DNA from: Utricularia gibba
Taxonomy: Eukaryota > Plantae > Magnoliophyta
Direction: 5' to 3'
NCBI GenBank assembly: GCA_002189035.1
Contig: NEEC01000004.1
Coordinates: 2,852,001 to 2,916,000 of the forward strand
DNA length: 64,000 bases
The notes beneath the pieces are model-generated. The model made no database searches, was not told the DNA's origin, and was given only the letters and a program-made list of their open reading frames with translations. The position numbers and the translations under genes were made by a program. Below, one piece after another: positions 51,646 through 64,000 of the stretch. Each line of letters opens with the position of its first letter. Position 1 is the stretch's first letter.

Positions 51646-52836
51646 TGATAAGTGATTTTGTGTCACTTATATTTGTACTTTTTAGGACTCAATTAGATGA
51701 GTTTTTACATTCTTTTTATCCCACTTTCCTTATGTTTTTAGAAGAATTTTATATCTTTTATACCACTTTGATTTTTTTGGAGTAAATGTGTGTTTTGTGA
51801 TTTTTCAGGACAATTTTGGTACAATTTGGAGGATTTTCGAGTTGACCTTGATGAAGTCAAAGATTTGATCTATTCGGATGAAGACTCAATCAAAGACTCT
51901 TGGATAAGATAAGATTCGTATCTTATCTTAGAAAATTTGGACTTTATCCTAGAAGATTTGTATCAAATCTTAGAAGATCTGGATAGAAGATTTGATGAGA
52001 GCCCATTAAGGAAGCCCGACAAATCCCTATCATTATAAAAAGATCCAAACAAGAAGACCTAAAGGAGGAGTCAAGGGTGGATGGCCAGAGAGTCAATTTA
52101 GGGTTTAGAGTCGAGTCTAGCATGTTTTGGATTCTTTTCCCTTCGTTTTTCATCAACTTTTGTTGTTTAGAGTCCAACATGCAATTGTGAGCGCTTGCGG
52201 CTGAGGATCTGCTGTGAAAACTTGCGCAAGTCCTGCGCACATGACTGTTTTACTATGTTTTTCAGCATTTAATTTGAGAATTGATTCTGTTTTTCGTAAC
52301 GTTTTCTTTACCAACATGATCTTTAGTACCATATAACTCTAAGAGAGTGTGGGAGAATCAAAGGTTGGCCTCAAGCACCTAATAAGAAGAGATCAATCGG
52401 ACATCGTTGATAAGACACATTCTGTCTAATCTGTCTGCGAGGTGTGAGGTGCAGGAGTTAGATGTGGGTGTGGGGAAAACATGGGTTATCACAAGGGGTG
52501 AAATGGCTCTGGTGGCGTGGTTGATTCCATAATCCCACAAAACAAGGGGCTGTGCTATAACGGTCACCGAGTAGCACTATTTAAGCATAACACTTCCAAA
52601 GCTTGCGCAAACAGGTCAGTTCTCAAGGTTTGCACACACGCAAGGGCGAGTTTCAAGTAAGGTGGATCTTAGATCCAAGTCCACTTTTCTTATTGTTTTC
52701 AAAAATCAAATCTTTCTTTTGCTCTCAATCTTTTTTAATCTTTGTTTTGAAAAGAATATCCCAATAACAATTCACTGTGGATACAATCTTATTTTATTAC
52801 TTTGACAGTTTCTATTCACTTGCAGAATCACCATAA
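51646..52836 (+). mobile_element. Solo LTR (window family B), ~1.19 kb
   Basis: Starts TGATAAGTG and ends GAATCACCATAA; AAAAT on both flanks (weak, since the context is A-rich); homologous to 1-688 and 25454-26613. Confidence 0.75.
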
Positions 52837-53373
52837 AAAATAAACAAAGAGAATTTGAAATTTTTTTTTTTTCAAAAATCATCTATTTGATCTATTTGAT
52901 AAATGATCACTTATTTATTACATTATTTGAGAAATGAAAATCCTTTCAAAAACCTATCAAGAATGATCATCTTTATTATTTAAATTTAAAAGAAATACAT
53001 AAAATATGAAATATCAATTTACTTTATATTTTTTATTTGTATATTTCATATATTTATAACTATTTTTTATTAATATTTTAAAAAATAATGATAAAGCTAA
53101 TTATTTATATTGTTATAAATATTTCATAATGATAGTAAATATGCATCAAATTAAATATTAAAAAATACATAAGTATTTATTCAAAATCATTATCCCAAAT
53201 ATTTTTAATTAAATTTTTTTAACCCAAATTTTTTTTTCATGTATCGCTAAATAATGTTCATGATATTTTGGGAGCAACTTTTCATAACGAGCAATGTTCA
53301 TATTTGAGCACTACTTCGTATTGCAAGCTGTTTTCAAGACATTATTATTAAGAATATGTATAATTAGGTAGAG

Positions 53374-54703
53374 TGACATAGTTTTGATTCTATAATAGAG
53401 AGATAAATAACTCGAGAGCTCGTTTTAAAAATATTTCCATCAAATAAAAGCACAAAATTTTAGATTCAAGATAAAACTACAGATTTGAAATAAATTATGT
53501 TAGTTTCTAACCAAGAAGACAATCAAATGTATATCACACGAATCAAATATAATACGTCCGAAATAAAAATTATAGTCATCTCCTAATGTTTCAAGATAAA
53601 ACTTGAGCAAGGAAACTTTAAGATAAACTACATAAATGAACTTACACGATGAACATTAAGAGATATTCTTCAGATTGGAATCCTATCTAACTATGTTCGT
53701 TAGATCTCCACTTTTCTTTGCATCTCTCAAATACTCAGTTATGGAAATAAGAAATTGCCTACATTTTCTTACATTCTTTTACAAGAGGAACGAGAATAGC
53801 TTGATATTACTCCTCTTTAGATGAACATAAAGATAAAAGGTCGAACCATCGTTACCCTCATGATTGAATTGTGCGTGTGTGCTTAAGTGTTTTCAATGAC
53901 CTAATGAGTCTAGAATGAGATCATTATTAATCCATTGATCCTGAAATACGACCACATACAAAACATTGTTTTTTTCGAGCCAAAAGGATGTGAGTTGATA
54001 CTTTCCATCTTATTTCTCTTCAAAACTCATAGATAATGGTCAGCTAACTATTAATCTTTAATAAGGGGTTGTTATAGAAAAATTTTAATATAATCACATG
54101 GAAACATATAAAACTCGATCAAATTCAAAGAAGAAATAGAGATTAACTAATGAAACGTAGAGTTGGGAGTCTCCCGACTCAAAAACGAGGATTTCTAGCC
54201 ACAAATAGCCATACAAAGTAGGAAAACGAAAACAAAGTTCTATAAAAAAGCTAGAAGAAAATCTTCTAAAGAGATAAATAAGTTTAAACTGAAAACTTCA
54301 ATTGAAAGTCTCTTTTGTCTTAATTTCATTTTCCTCTAATTCTATAATGATTTTGAGTAACTTGCAAGAGACCTCCTACTCTAACACTATCGTCATCATG
54401 ATTTCTTATGTCAAAAGCTCTCATGTACTGCACATCAAGACTCATCATTAGATGTCCACAATCTTTTGAAAATCAAGAAAATGCCAATTTGAGATCTATT
54501 TTATCGCTATTTGATCCCGCTTTTCTCCTTTTCTTGCCGTGTGTTCACCTCTAACAAAGTTTCAACAAAACTAGATTAAAATATTAGATAAAGCACATTA
54601 ATTAAGATAATTATCTTAATCTAAATAAAACCTAAAAACTTATATTATAAACTATTAACTAAAAAACTTTATTTATACTTAGACATATAAAATTGTTCAA
54701 ACA
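53374..54703 (-). mobile_element. Decayed LTR-like sequence
   Basis: TG...CA-compatible ends and LTR-like composition; no TSD and no second copy in the window. Confidence 0.35.
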
Positions 54704-57181
54704 CTACTGGTAGCTTTTTGTGGTGCAATATTCATAGTGAATCCAAACACTAGTTTAGCAAATCACCGGAAACCATGAAACGTGGTGTTAAGGTGAACAT
54801 ATTGTCCATCTAAGTTCTACCTAGTACTAGAAACGTGTTAACCAATGCTTGGTTGAGGTTTCATTGCTCTTTCATTAAACCAAGCATCAAGTCACCCTCC
54901 ATCTAGTGCTTTTACTTGATTCATACAATGTTCATGTAACAAATCCACTACAAGGTATAATAAGGTACCCTTGTAATGAGATAGTAATCTATCTAGCCAA
55001 CTCATGAAAACGCATATTGTCATTTATGGAATGCAATAGCACTGTAATGAGATACAAATGTATGCATAATAAGACATTGTCACCTAGCGGCATTGTGAGT
55101 TGTGACCGAATCTTTATACATTACTTTAACTAGCTCATCTCATCAATTATTCCATGCTTGGTTGGAGCCGAAAAAAAGGTACACTTGTCATCTATGTTAA
55201 TGCTATGTTCGATTTCATTTTGGAAGTCCAAGAGCACCTCATCCTCTAAGGAATTGACAATCATCTTCTTCCAAATGAGGTTGTGGAGCAATGTACATAT
55301 TAATATTATTTGACTCAGCATACTTATGGAATAGTATCTAGTAGATTGAAGTATACCCCATCATATCTTCATTAATCTCCATGCTTGTTCGATCATATTT
55401 CTGATTGATGCATGACAAATGTTGAAGAGCTCTTTGGGATTTTGAGGTACTTGGCTTCTTTGTTCTTGATCCTTCAAGTGATAATGCACACATTGGTATG
55501 ACGTCAAGAATACTTCCTTGTTAACATATCCATTATCGCATAAACAGAAGGTCCCTCTATCATCAAATGTGATGTTAAACCATTAAACCAAATAATGACA
55601 ATCACATGAGGCCAAACACGTTGAATACTTGAGCATGTGCAAAGCCGTGTTACCTTGAAAGTGCATCTTTTAACGTTAGGATGTTTGTTCCACATTACTT
55701 AAATTCAACAAACATAGATATAAATTTCATCTTCTCATTACACACTAAGAAAATTGATGACACACATTTTTTCCTAAATTTCAAACTGCAAAATGGTTAT
55801 ATTTTATTATGGTTTAGGTTAGATAAAGGTGATTTTTCATGCTTTAGTGGTGTTTATGTTAATACTATGTGATTATGTTGAAAAGTGGACTAAATCGTTT
55901 GATTTAGTCCACAACTCTTGTTACTGATGTTTCAGTAAGTTTAGCAGGGAGATGAGCCGAAAATCAGACTTGCAAGCGTGTAAAACAAGCGAAAAGGGGC
56001 GCAAAATCCGAAGAAGGACAAAGGGCATTTTTCTGCTGCCACCGCAGTCTGCAAGTTCAGGCCAAGAGCTGTACTGGCGGTCAGAAACAATATTGGCAGT
56101 CAGGAACAGTGCAATGGAGTGAAGCAAAAGGGAAAAATTATTTTCGAAGAGGAGAGCGGGAAGTTTGAAAAAAAGATAGCAGGGGGGTGCAAGGGGTCTT
56201 CTTCCCCAACGAGAAAAACACAAACCAGAAGGGGGAAGGAAAGCCTTCATCACCAAGAGTAGCACCGGAGCCGAGTCCAGCGCTGCTGTTCCGAGCGGTG
56301 AACAGTAGCTAACGGGCGGAAGAACAATCTTTATATACTTTCCATTTTCTGAACATTTAGAGTTTTTGCATTTGACTTGTTTACAATGTTTCTGCCATTT
56401 TGGTCAACTTACATGAATGAAATCGTGTTTTATTTCCCAAGCATGAGTGGCTAGAGTCTTAGGGATGCCTTAAGGTGAAGTGGTGTGGTGTGTGCTTAGG
56501 GCATGTTTGGTTGCTGGGTTTGGCCTAAACCTAGGTTTAGTTTATTTGGGTTTAGGAAACCCGGTTTTGTGGGTTTAGTTTCTGTAAATCATGTTTGGTT
56601 GATGGATTTACATTATTTGAGTTTAAATGAACCCACGTTTGGTAGGTGGGTATAAAATTGGGTTTATACACAATTTTCATGGGAATTTACCAATATAGCC
56701 TTTCATACTCATCCACCGGCTTTCACACCGACTTTACCCATTCATACATATTCCTCTTGATTACCATTACCCCATTCGTCCACCGATTTTCACAGTTGGT
56801 TGTTGCGGTGCTGCCAGTCGACGAGATCTCTCGTTTTCACAAGTAATTGAGAGTGAAGAGCCATGGGTTAAGTCCAGTTTGTATACTCTCTTAGTTGTGC
56901 AGAGTTTCTCGTTTGAAATCCGTTGAATTTTGAGTGAATTTTACGGTTTACTTGTCGTAGTGTTCGGTGTAGGTGCTTTTTTCTTACTGTTTTCTTTCCT
57001 CCATCACAGATTGCAGGTATGCATAGCCCAAACGTGGTGGAAGAGTCTCACAAAAAAACGAAATGCGCCTAGAAGCCGGATTGCCCTCTGGACTCGGATA
57101 GCACTGGACACGATATTAACTTCTCGTATGCTGACACACCTTGTGACCCAACTGGTTGTGCTGTAGAGGGTGTGAACATCA

Positions 57182-58682
57182 TGTTGGGTTTCTCGTAGAC
57201 ATCGTATGTCTCAAAAGCAGCGGAATTTTAAAATTTTGAGAAACCCCCAACGTAGATCTTGGAATACGGTATACATAAGACTAAGGGATGCTGAAATACC
57301 TTTCAGATGACTCCGTTGTTCACCAACCGACAATAGGAGACGGCCTCTATGGTATCCACACGTGGAGCACTCCGTCGATAACCTTCTCAAGGCTCTTGAA
57401 TGCTGGTCGATTTTCTCAGGTGCTAGTAGAGAAAAACGCCTCCTTGTGGATTAGTCTCTAAGAGCACGAAGACCCTTGGAGCATCTATTCAAGATCTAAA
57501 TCTTTTAATAGATATATGGTAACATATCAAATCATATCTTCGTAAAGATCTTATCTTGTGGAGATATGTATATGTTCCAAATCTTATCTATATATGATCT
57601 TTTATTTTGAGTTTAATCAATATTAATCTCAAAATAACTCTCAATTTAATTTATCCACTTTACCAATTACATCTCATGTAATTGTGTACTTCTATTTTAT
57701 ATCGTTGAGTGACTCCACTATTGTGTGTGACCCTATAGGCTTCTTCAATCAAGGCCGTAATAATGGATTTATTAATTAACTCTTAATTAATCAAATCCAT
57801 CATTATCGATCATGAGTGATGTCTAGCAACATATCATGATCCCCAAGATGTAAGAATAATCAGGTGAATTGATTGAGCCTTTCCATGACCAGCCACCATG
57901 CAATGAACAGCTTTCATCATACTTATATTTCATTTGATACCAAAACATGGGTGTGTGTCTTTCTGATGTATCGAACTTATAATTGCATTCAAGCACTAAC
58001 ACTCAATGACCTACTCAAACAATTCGAGTGTCATTACCCTGGGCCCAGGACTTACTATTAGGCTTTGATGCAATTACTTGAGATATGATCTCATCGCTAA
58101 CATGAGTGATGAATCCTTTATTAATCAATCAACTATCTCCAACCTTAAGGAGTCACATCCCTACTCATCCATACTAGGCAAGCCATGGTTAGACTCCCAT
58201 TAGTAATGAGCGAAAATGTGAGCTTAAGATCAAGATAACTTTATTGACCTCAAGTCTAAGCTTAATTACACGGCTGTCATATTCGAGATCTTGCCACTGA
58301 CACTTGGTTAGTTTCCCATAGTAGCATCTCGAAGATGAGTCATCCAGTGAATCGATTCTCTAATCGACACCCACACATAGGTTCTAGTAATCTCATTACA
58401 TCAATTGTGAGAACCATTGCCTAAACAATTTAGGAAACTCAATGTGTGCCAGCTTATCCGTATTTGTGATATCTTCATTTCACAAATACTCTAGTTAGGG
58501 AGTTTTTAACTTGATCATGAGTGCTTGAAGAATCTCACATTATGATCTCATCATAATTTCTATAGCACATAGATCAAGTAGAGGATTTTATCAATGATAT
58601 AAATTTGATCACAATTCAAAGTAAATATCATAAGATAAGATTTGCCAATGAGTTGATTGTCTCTAGAACACATACACTAACA
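57182..58682 (-). mobile_element. Solo LTR (window family C, Copia Angela-like), 1501 bp
   Basis: Termini TGTT...AACA; perfect TSD CATCA at 57177-57181 and 58683-58687. Lineage name is from recalled LTR start sequence only. Confidence 0.92.
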
Positions 58683-59511
58683 CATCACGCCTAGTAGGGA
58701 CTCCGAATCACACAATAGCATCGACTCGTCGCGGTGGATTGGACGAAGCGGCAGGGGACCGAGGGGATTCAATGATGATGTGCAGTTTATCACAGAAATG
58801 AAAGAGTTTAACCTGCGCACATGCAAAGAGCTACGTCACTTGGGATTAACAGTGGTGCAGCAAGCGCGGGAGTTGGTGGATAATCAGCGTCAGGCAGGGG
58901 ACGAGTAGTTCCAACCCTGCGAGGTTGCGCTATTTCCTTGTCTCTAGGGACTGTGAAAGAGAGCTTATTGTGCGTGGTTTAGTATCCGAACGTAGATCTT
59001 AAATCTGTTGTATGGTGCTCCGCCTTATGTTGGACTCATGGACTAGGTGTATTTCATCTTCTAATCATCCTTTAAACTAATATGAGCACTGCAAAGGATA
59101 GACAGTGTTCTGACTTTGTATGTGGAAGCACCGTGTATGAACAATTGCGGTGCTTCGTTGTTGAGCACTCTTCCGCAAACACCGTATTGCAACTATCGTC
59201 ACATTCAGAGCGGTGCTATCGAGTAGTGATGGACTAGCACCGCGTTGGTGTTGCATATTACGAAGCACCACGTCTAGACACAAGGTTTCAAATCCAGTGG
59301 TGGCACCGGATGTTACAACATGCGGTGCCACCGTGATCAGTGATCGATTAAAAACTAACAAGGTCAGCATACGATAGTTCACGCGAGATCCATATAGTAA
59401 GATTCATATGACAAAAAGTGAAGACATTCCCGCTGCAAAAAGTTAAAAAGAAAAACAAATTACAGCTCTGATCACCTTACGTTCATCATTACATGAAGTT
59501 CAAAGATCTAC

Positions 59512-60439
59512 CTTCAAAAGGATATTTAAATTTGTGTCATAGGCCAAGAATATAGAATTGGAATCCTCAACTTGAGAATCATTGAATCTATCAATTTTAT
59601 TGGGTATCCTACCACCTGAAAACGGCGCAAGATCCCGAAGTAAAATATACATAAAACCTAGAAAGTGCATTAGCATATTAAAAAATATTCTTACTGCCTC
59701 AATAGTGCCAAAAGCAAAAAAAAATCTTGCATCCATCATTCTCCATTGTCATTTGACACATTAAAGGGAGCAAAAAGGATACACAAGAGAGATTGCTGTC
59801 AAACACAAAGAAAAAATTAAGCTTGGCTACTCAAACTGTCAAGGAAAAAACTACTGGACTGTTGCAGGTCTAACTTTAACTCATCCTACCCCTGAAGCGT
59901 CAACATATAACCAAGAAGTTCTTCAACCTTCTCTTTGCATGCAAGGGGTGCTTCAGCAAGATAACTGAAACCAAAGTCCTACAACATTTAAAAAAAATAA
60001 TGTCTATCATAAAGCCTTCCTACAAATGAAATTACTACCTAATATGATGCAAAAACATAAAAAAAAATTCATAAATTTAGTATGATAAAGCATTTACAAA
60101 TAAAAAAAAAACTACTAATTAGTAGAGATGGGAGAAAGAAATCACCTCCCAGCTATCCTTACACAGCCTAAAAGGTCATCCCCTTTTCTCCTTTTATGGG
60201 CCTGCGGAAAAACAAAATCAGCAACACAGCTCACATATGAACTAGAGAATGAGATGGCGTGTTCCACAATGAGGATCTTACCTTTGCATCTAGCAAATAA
60301 TCAAGGACAGCACTGATTGTCTCATCTAGCGCAGAAATGATCTTTGTGAAAGTGCTTTCACTAATAACGTCAATTAACCCAGAATCTGCTATATCTTCTT
60401 TAGTTCTTCTGATGGTTGCTAGTGGAGTTGTTGGGTGTT
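59512..60439 (-). pseudogene. Captured neurochondrin-family gene fragment (5 exons with introns) inside the PIF element
   Basis: Exons ~60439-60282 (ESTFTKIISALDETISAVLDYLLDAK), 60201-60146 (AHKRRKGDDLLGCVRIAG), 59964-59875 (YLAEAPLACKEKVEELLGYMLTLQG*DE), 59795-59695 (SFLLPLMCQMTMENDGCK), 59615-59512 (IKLID..NSIFLAYDTNLNILLK). GT-AG introns; order matches the C-terminal third of plant neurochondrin (At4g32050, from memory). Confidence 0.85.
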
Positions 60440-62999
60440 CTTGGAAGCCCAGACCCATTCACTTGTTTGAAACACAATTTCTAGAAAATGGGGTAGCTGC
60501 ATACTTACCGAAAGACCCACCCTCTTGCGCTCAAAGAACAGGCGACGCCACTGGAAAAGCACGAATGAATTCTGGGTTGTAGACCTGCGTTCAAATGCAG
60601 TTCACGCGAGGGCAAAAGTGGAAGTGCCGAGCTGGGTTTAGCTAAACCGACCCCCCCTCCCCTCCTGGGTTTAGCTAAACCCAGCTCCACAGGTTCCCGC
60701 CTGGTTTATAGTCAATAGGTGGGTTTATTTTTACCCACCTGAAACCCACGAACCAAACGTGGGTTTATGACCAAACCCACGCCGCAACCCACCTAAACCC
60801 AGCAACCAAACGCGGCCATAGGGTTGTAGATGAAATTTACGTGTATTCCTTAACTCTTGTTTCTAACAAACCATGGGTAGACCTAAGGAGGGAAACAAGT
60901 AGTTTCACAATTTAGATGATTGGTTTAGAGGTAGACCAACAAACCAAGACGTGAGCAGTCGGTGTTAGTCCAGGGTAGAATCAGTAGAACCGGGTAGACC
61001 TAGTTCTATATGCCTTGCATGTGGGTAGACCTAATTGCAACGTTGGTTATGATATTGAAGACTAGCTTAGCCGAAAATATGGTGAATAACCTGGGTAGAC
61101 TTAGGTTATTTGAAGTTGTGAGTGTAGGAAGAAAGTAAAATAAGTTAGGAACCTTAGCATTACACCACCTACAGATCCTTAAAGCATCTTCGTATTAGTC
61201 TGAGTCAAAACCAGTACCTGGTACCTTAGCATCAAGACCTGATATTGCTTACCTACCTTGTTTGTTGAACTTGTTTACCACTGTTAGTCCGAGTTTAGAC
61301 TAAGGCCTACTGTTATCCGAAATTATGCATGTATTAAAACACTTAGCAAGCACAAGCTCTTCGTGATCGACCCCGATATCCACTATACAAGTTTTCCAAA
61401 TTTGTATTTTGTGTAGATTAGGGATTATAAATTTATTTGATACGGATTTTCTATTTTTATTTGCAATGATATTAGGAAATTTCCGTTTATCAAAAATATT
61501 TATTGATATCACACATTTTCAATTTCTATTCTTTGTACTTTTAGATACCTTTATTTCTATATTGATGTATTTATCATATGTGGCCCTAGCACAATTATAC
61601 ACATATATAATGAACATTAGCCACATTATCAAAATCATTTATAAAAATTCTAATTCTTGGAAGTATTTGAATCTTCCATAGATGTAGACTCACCAACAAC
61701 TATTAGTGTCTCTAATAAGACATTGTGGTATCACATGCATCACATGTTGGAAGTACTACGAAAAAGTCTTGGTGCTTCTCTTAGCAAAATTCTGTTGCAC
61801 TATCAATTTTTTATGTTAGACATAGAATTCCCAAAAATATGCAATCCTGGCATCATGACATATCTCCTAGTTCTCAAATCCTAATAATTTTTCAAGAGAC
61901 ATGATATATCAAAAATATTTATGCTAATTTTCAAGTTCTCTATTGATACCTTATTCATATCACTAATCAACTTACTATATATTTCACTTATTTAGGAAAC
62001 TTATATGTGAGAGAATACTTGCATTCCACCCTATACCCCGCATGGTAATATTTTGAATACAAGTATATTAACACAAGCTAATGCTTGTCTTTTATAATTT
62101 CCAGCAAATTTTAAGCATGCAAGTAAAGTTTCTTATTTTAAGAATGGTGTTGTAGTATTTATCTCATCCTATCCCATTTACCACATGTTATGAAAAAAGT
62201 TTCATTCATACATGGACCATGATCAATGTTAGTAATTAATTTTAAGGTGATAATACTTTTTCATCATTGCCATATTTTTTACTTAAACTTTTTTATTTTG
62301 GGGGTGTTGCCTATTGTCAATTTGAAATTTATCTAAAATAAATAAAATGAAATCAAAAGACACATTAATACAGATATTTATATTTCTTAAAAAAATATCT
62401 AATCACTTAATCTAACGTCTATACTTATCATTAAGTATAATAAAAATAAATAAATTATGAGATATTGATATTCTATGGATAGAGACTAATCATTCCTATT
62501 TTATAGGTTTGGATCATGGTCTATTCGTGTGAGATCTTGTCTTATGGGTAGAGTGAAAAAAAGGATATGGTTATGAAGATTATATATTTCTCCCAAAATG
62601 TGGCCATCTTTTGAGAAGGCTCTGAAATCAGGCCTAGCCAAAAAATAAGCCCATCCCCACTGAAGCTAAACATGATATGTCCACGGATTTCTAAGCTGCA
62701 ACAGTCGAAAACTGTGAAGGCCTTTTGGGAATTGTCTAGAACTTTTGTCTATGGGAGATAGTCTGCGTTTAACATATCCCTTTCACTCGTGTACTGTGAT
62801 TTACACCTCCTTCGTTTTTCTCCTTTGCATATGCTAATTTTGGTGAGTTATGGTATTCCCATTATTGTGAGGTGCTTGTGAACATTGCTCTTACACATAA
62901 TTCATTTCAAGGTTTTTGTTGATGAATTCGATGTTAGTTAGAAAATCAGTGTTTGTTTATTGCGCTAAATTTTCGTTCATTCAAGAGTTGTGCTAAATT

Positions 63000-64000
63000 T
63001 TCAGGTTTATCAACTACTTTCTAGACGTCATGCTTCTCTATCAATGCCACCTCTTCCTATGTCGACTTGCTCCATTCAGGGTCTCTCAATGCTTCCTAAG
63101 TGATGATCGGTTCATATATCAGAAAACACCTTTCTAGAATATCTCTAACATTTTTATACTTTGGCATGAGTGGTCGGCCACCGGCTTCGTGATAATCTTC
63201 ATTTGTTTCAAGGCTCACTTCCATGAAGTGGGGGGTGTATCTGGAATAGAGGTGTCGCTCTTCATCGGTTTCGTCCCCTAGAGTCTCAGAATAAAAAATT
63301 TCTTGCAGAAGCCTTGGGACAATGCCAATGATGATGTTTTGGTAGTCTGTATCATTGGTGTCATCATTGAATTCAGAGCCTTTTGATCCTTCAGTGATGT
63401 GTTGTGAATAGTCTTCCTCATTGACTTCATATGTGCTGCAGCTTTCAGGTTCCTACAGAAGACTACTACCTTGTAAGTTTTCAACATGAGGATGTTTGGG
63501 CCTATCTTATTGGCTTGGATATTATGATAGTAGTCCGTTCCGTTGTCTGAATTGGATAAGAGTGGAGACAGATGGGAACCTCCTTGTAAGGAATCCGGTG
63601 AGTTGGTAACATGATGTGGCTCGGGTTGACGAAATTGATTTTCCTCCTCAATGTTGGGAAACAATGTTGAGAGTGTAGAGTAGTAGTTAGGGTCGGTTGA
63701 TGCAAGGGTTGATTTTTTCCAATCATAAGCCTTGTTTTCATCTACTGTTACATCCCTGCTTAGCTCTACTCAGTTGGTTCTCAGATTTAAGACCCGGTAG
63801 GCTTTGCAGGTGTCTCCATAACTCAACAGGATTCCCATGTCAGATTTCATATTTAATTTGATCCGTTTTTCCTTGGGAATGTGAATGATGGATCTGAAGA
63901 CTCTGGTGTGTGCCAAGTCAGGAACTCTGTCATTCCAAACTTCATAAGGTGATCTTTCGTCTTTGGTGCTTTTGGAAGGTAAGCAGTTTGGAAGATAAAC
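63000..64000 (-). mobile_element. Ty1/Copia pol fragment (integrase end to RT start), runs off the window
   Basis: PYEVW..PDLAH.RVF..HIPKEKR.KL..KS..GI..YG...KAYRV..SRDV.VDE, then EP...EAL.DPEW....EE...IEK; truncated near 63000. Confidence 0.8.

Larger units (their letters stand above)
56499..60817. mobile_element. Non-autonomous Pack-type PIF/Harbinger element (~2.8 kb net)
   Basis: TIRs GGGCATGTTTGGTTGCTGGGTTT ... AAACCCAGCAACCAAACGCGGCC; flanks TTA/ATA (TWA-type TSD, one mismatch); LTR sequence rejoins across it; terminal blocks shared with 22267-23223. Confidence 0.85.
55755..61492. mobile_element. Solo LTR (window family A), ~1.4 kb net, carrying a nested PIF element
   Basis: Termini TGATGAC...GTTTATCA; TSD AAAAT at 55750-55754 and 61493-61497; the internal CATGAGTGGCTA..CTTAGGG block and the 3' end match 14438-15514. 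Confidence 0.85.
55100..61900 (-). mobile_element. Second PIF/Harbinger transposase remnant, split by the nested stack
   Basis: C-terminal part at 55100-55700 (QNPKELFN, IILICTLLHNLI); N-terminal part at 61650-61900 (LRTRRYV, QQNFAKRS..FS.YFQHV). Same strand on both sides of the solo LTR. Confidence 0.7.

Overview
Eudicot plant nuclear DNA: AT-rich, with spliceosomal introns and many transposons; no prokaryotic features, CRISPR arrays, rRNA or tRNA genes. Five apparently intact genes were assembled exon by exon: a type II metacaspase (-), splicing factor CWC25 (+), a CBL2/3-type calcineurin B-like Ca2+ sensor (-), an NPH3/BTB protein (-) and a C2-VASt-C2-GRAM-VASt protein (-). Two structures are not evident from the ORF track. 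(1) A PHL7-like MYB-CC transcription factor pseudogene (exons 2-6, 12993-20240, -) is split by a near full-length antisense LINE sitting in a restorable 71-bp intron with an 11-bp TSD; the LINE itself carries a solo LTR. (2) A four-level nested insertion at 55.1-61.9 kb (Harbinger transposase > solo LTR > non-autonomous PIF/Harbinger element > solo LTR) has TSDs on the three inner elements, and its PIF element carries five consecutive exons with introns of a host neurochondrin gene (a Pack-type element). Also present: a ~1.1-kb foldback inverted repeat between two genes, a short PIF MITE of the same family, MuDR, Copia and Athila-like remnants, and three LTR families found only as solo or partial LTRs. 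Family and homolog assignments come from recalled motifs, not database searches. TE boundaries without a TSD are approximate.
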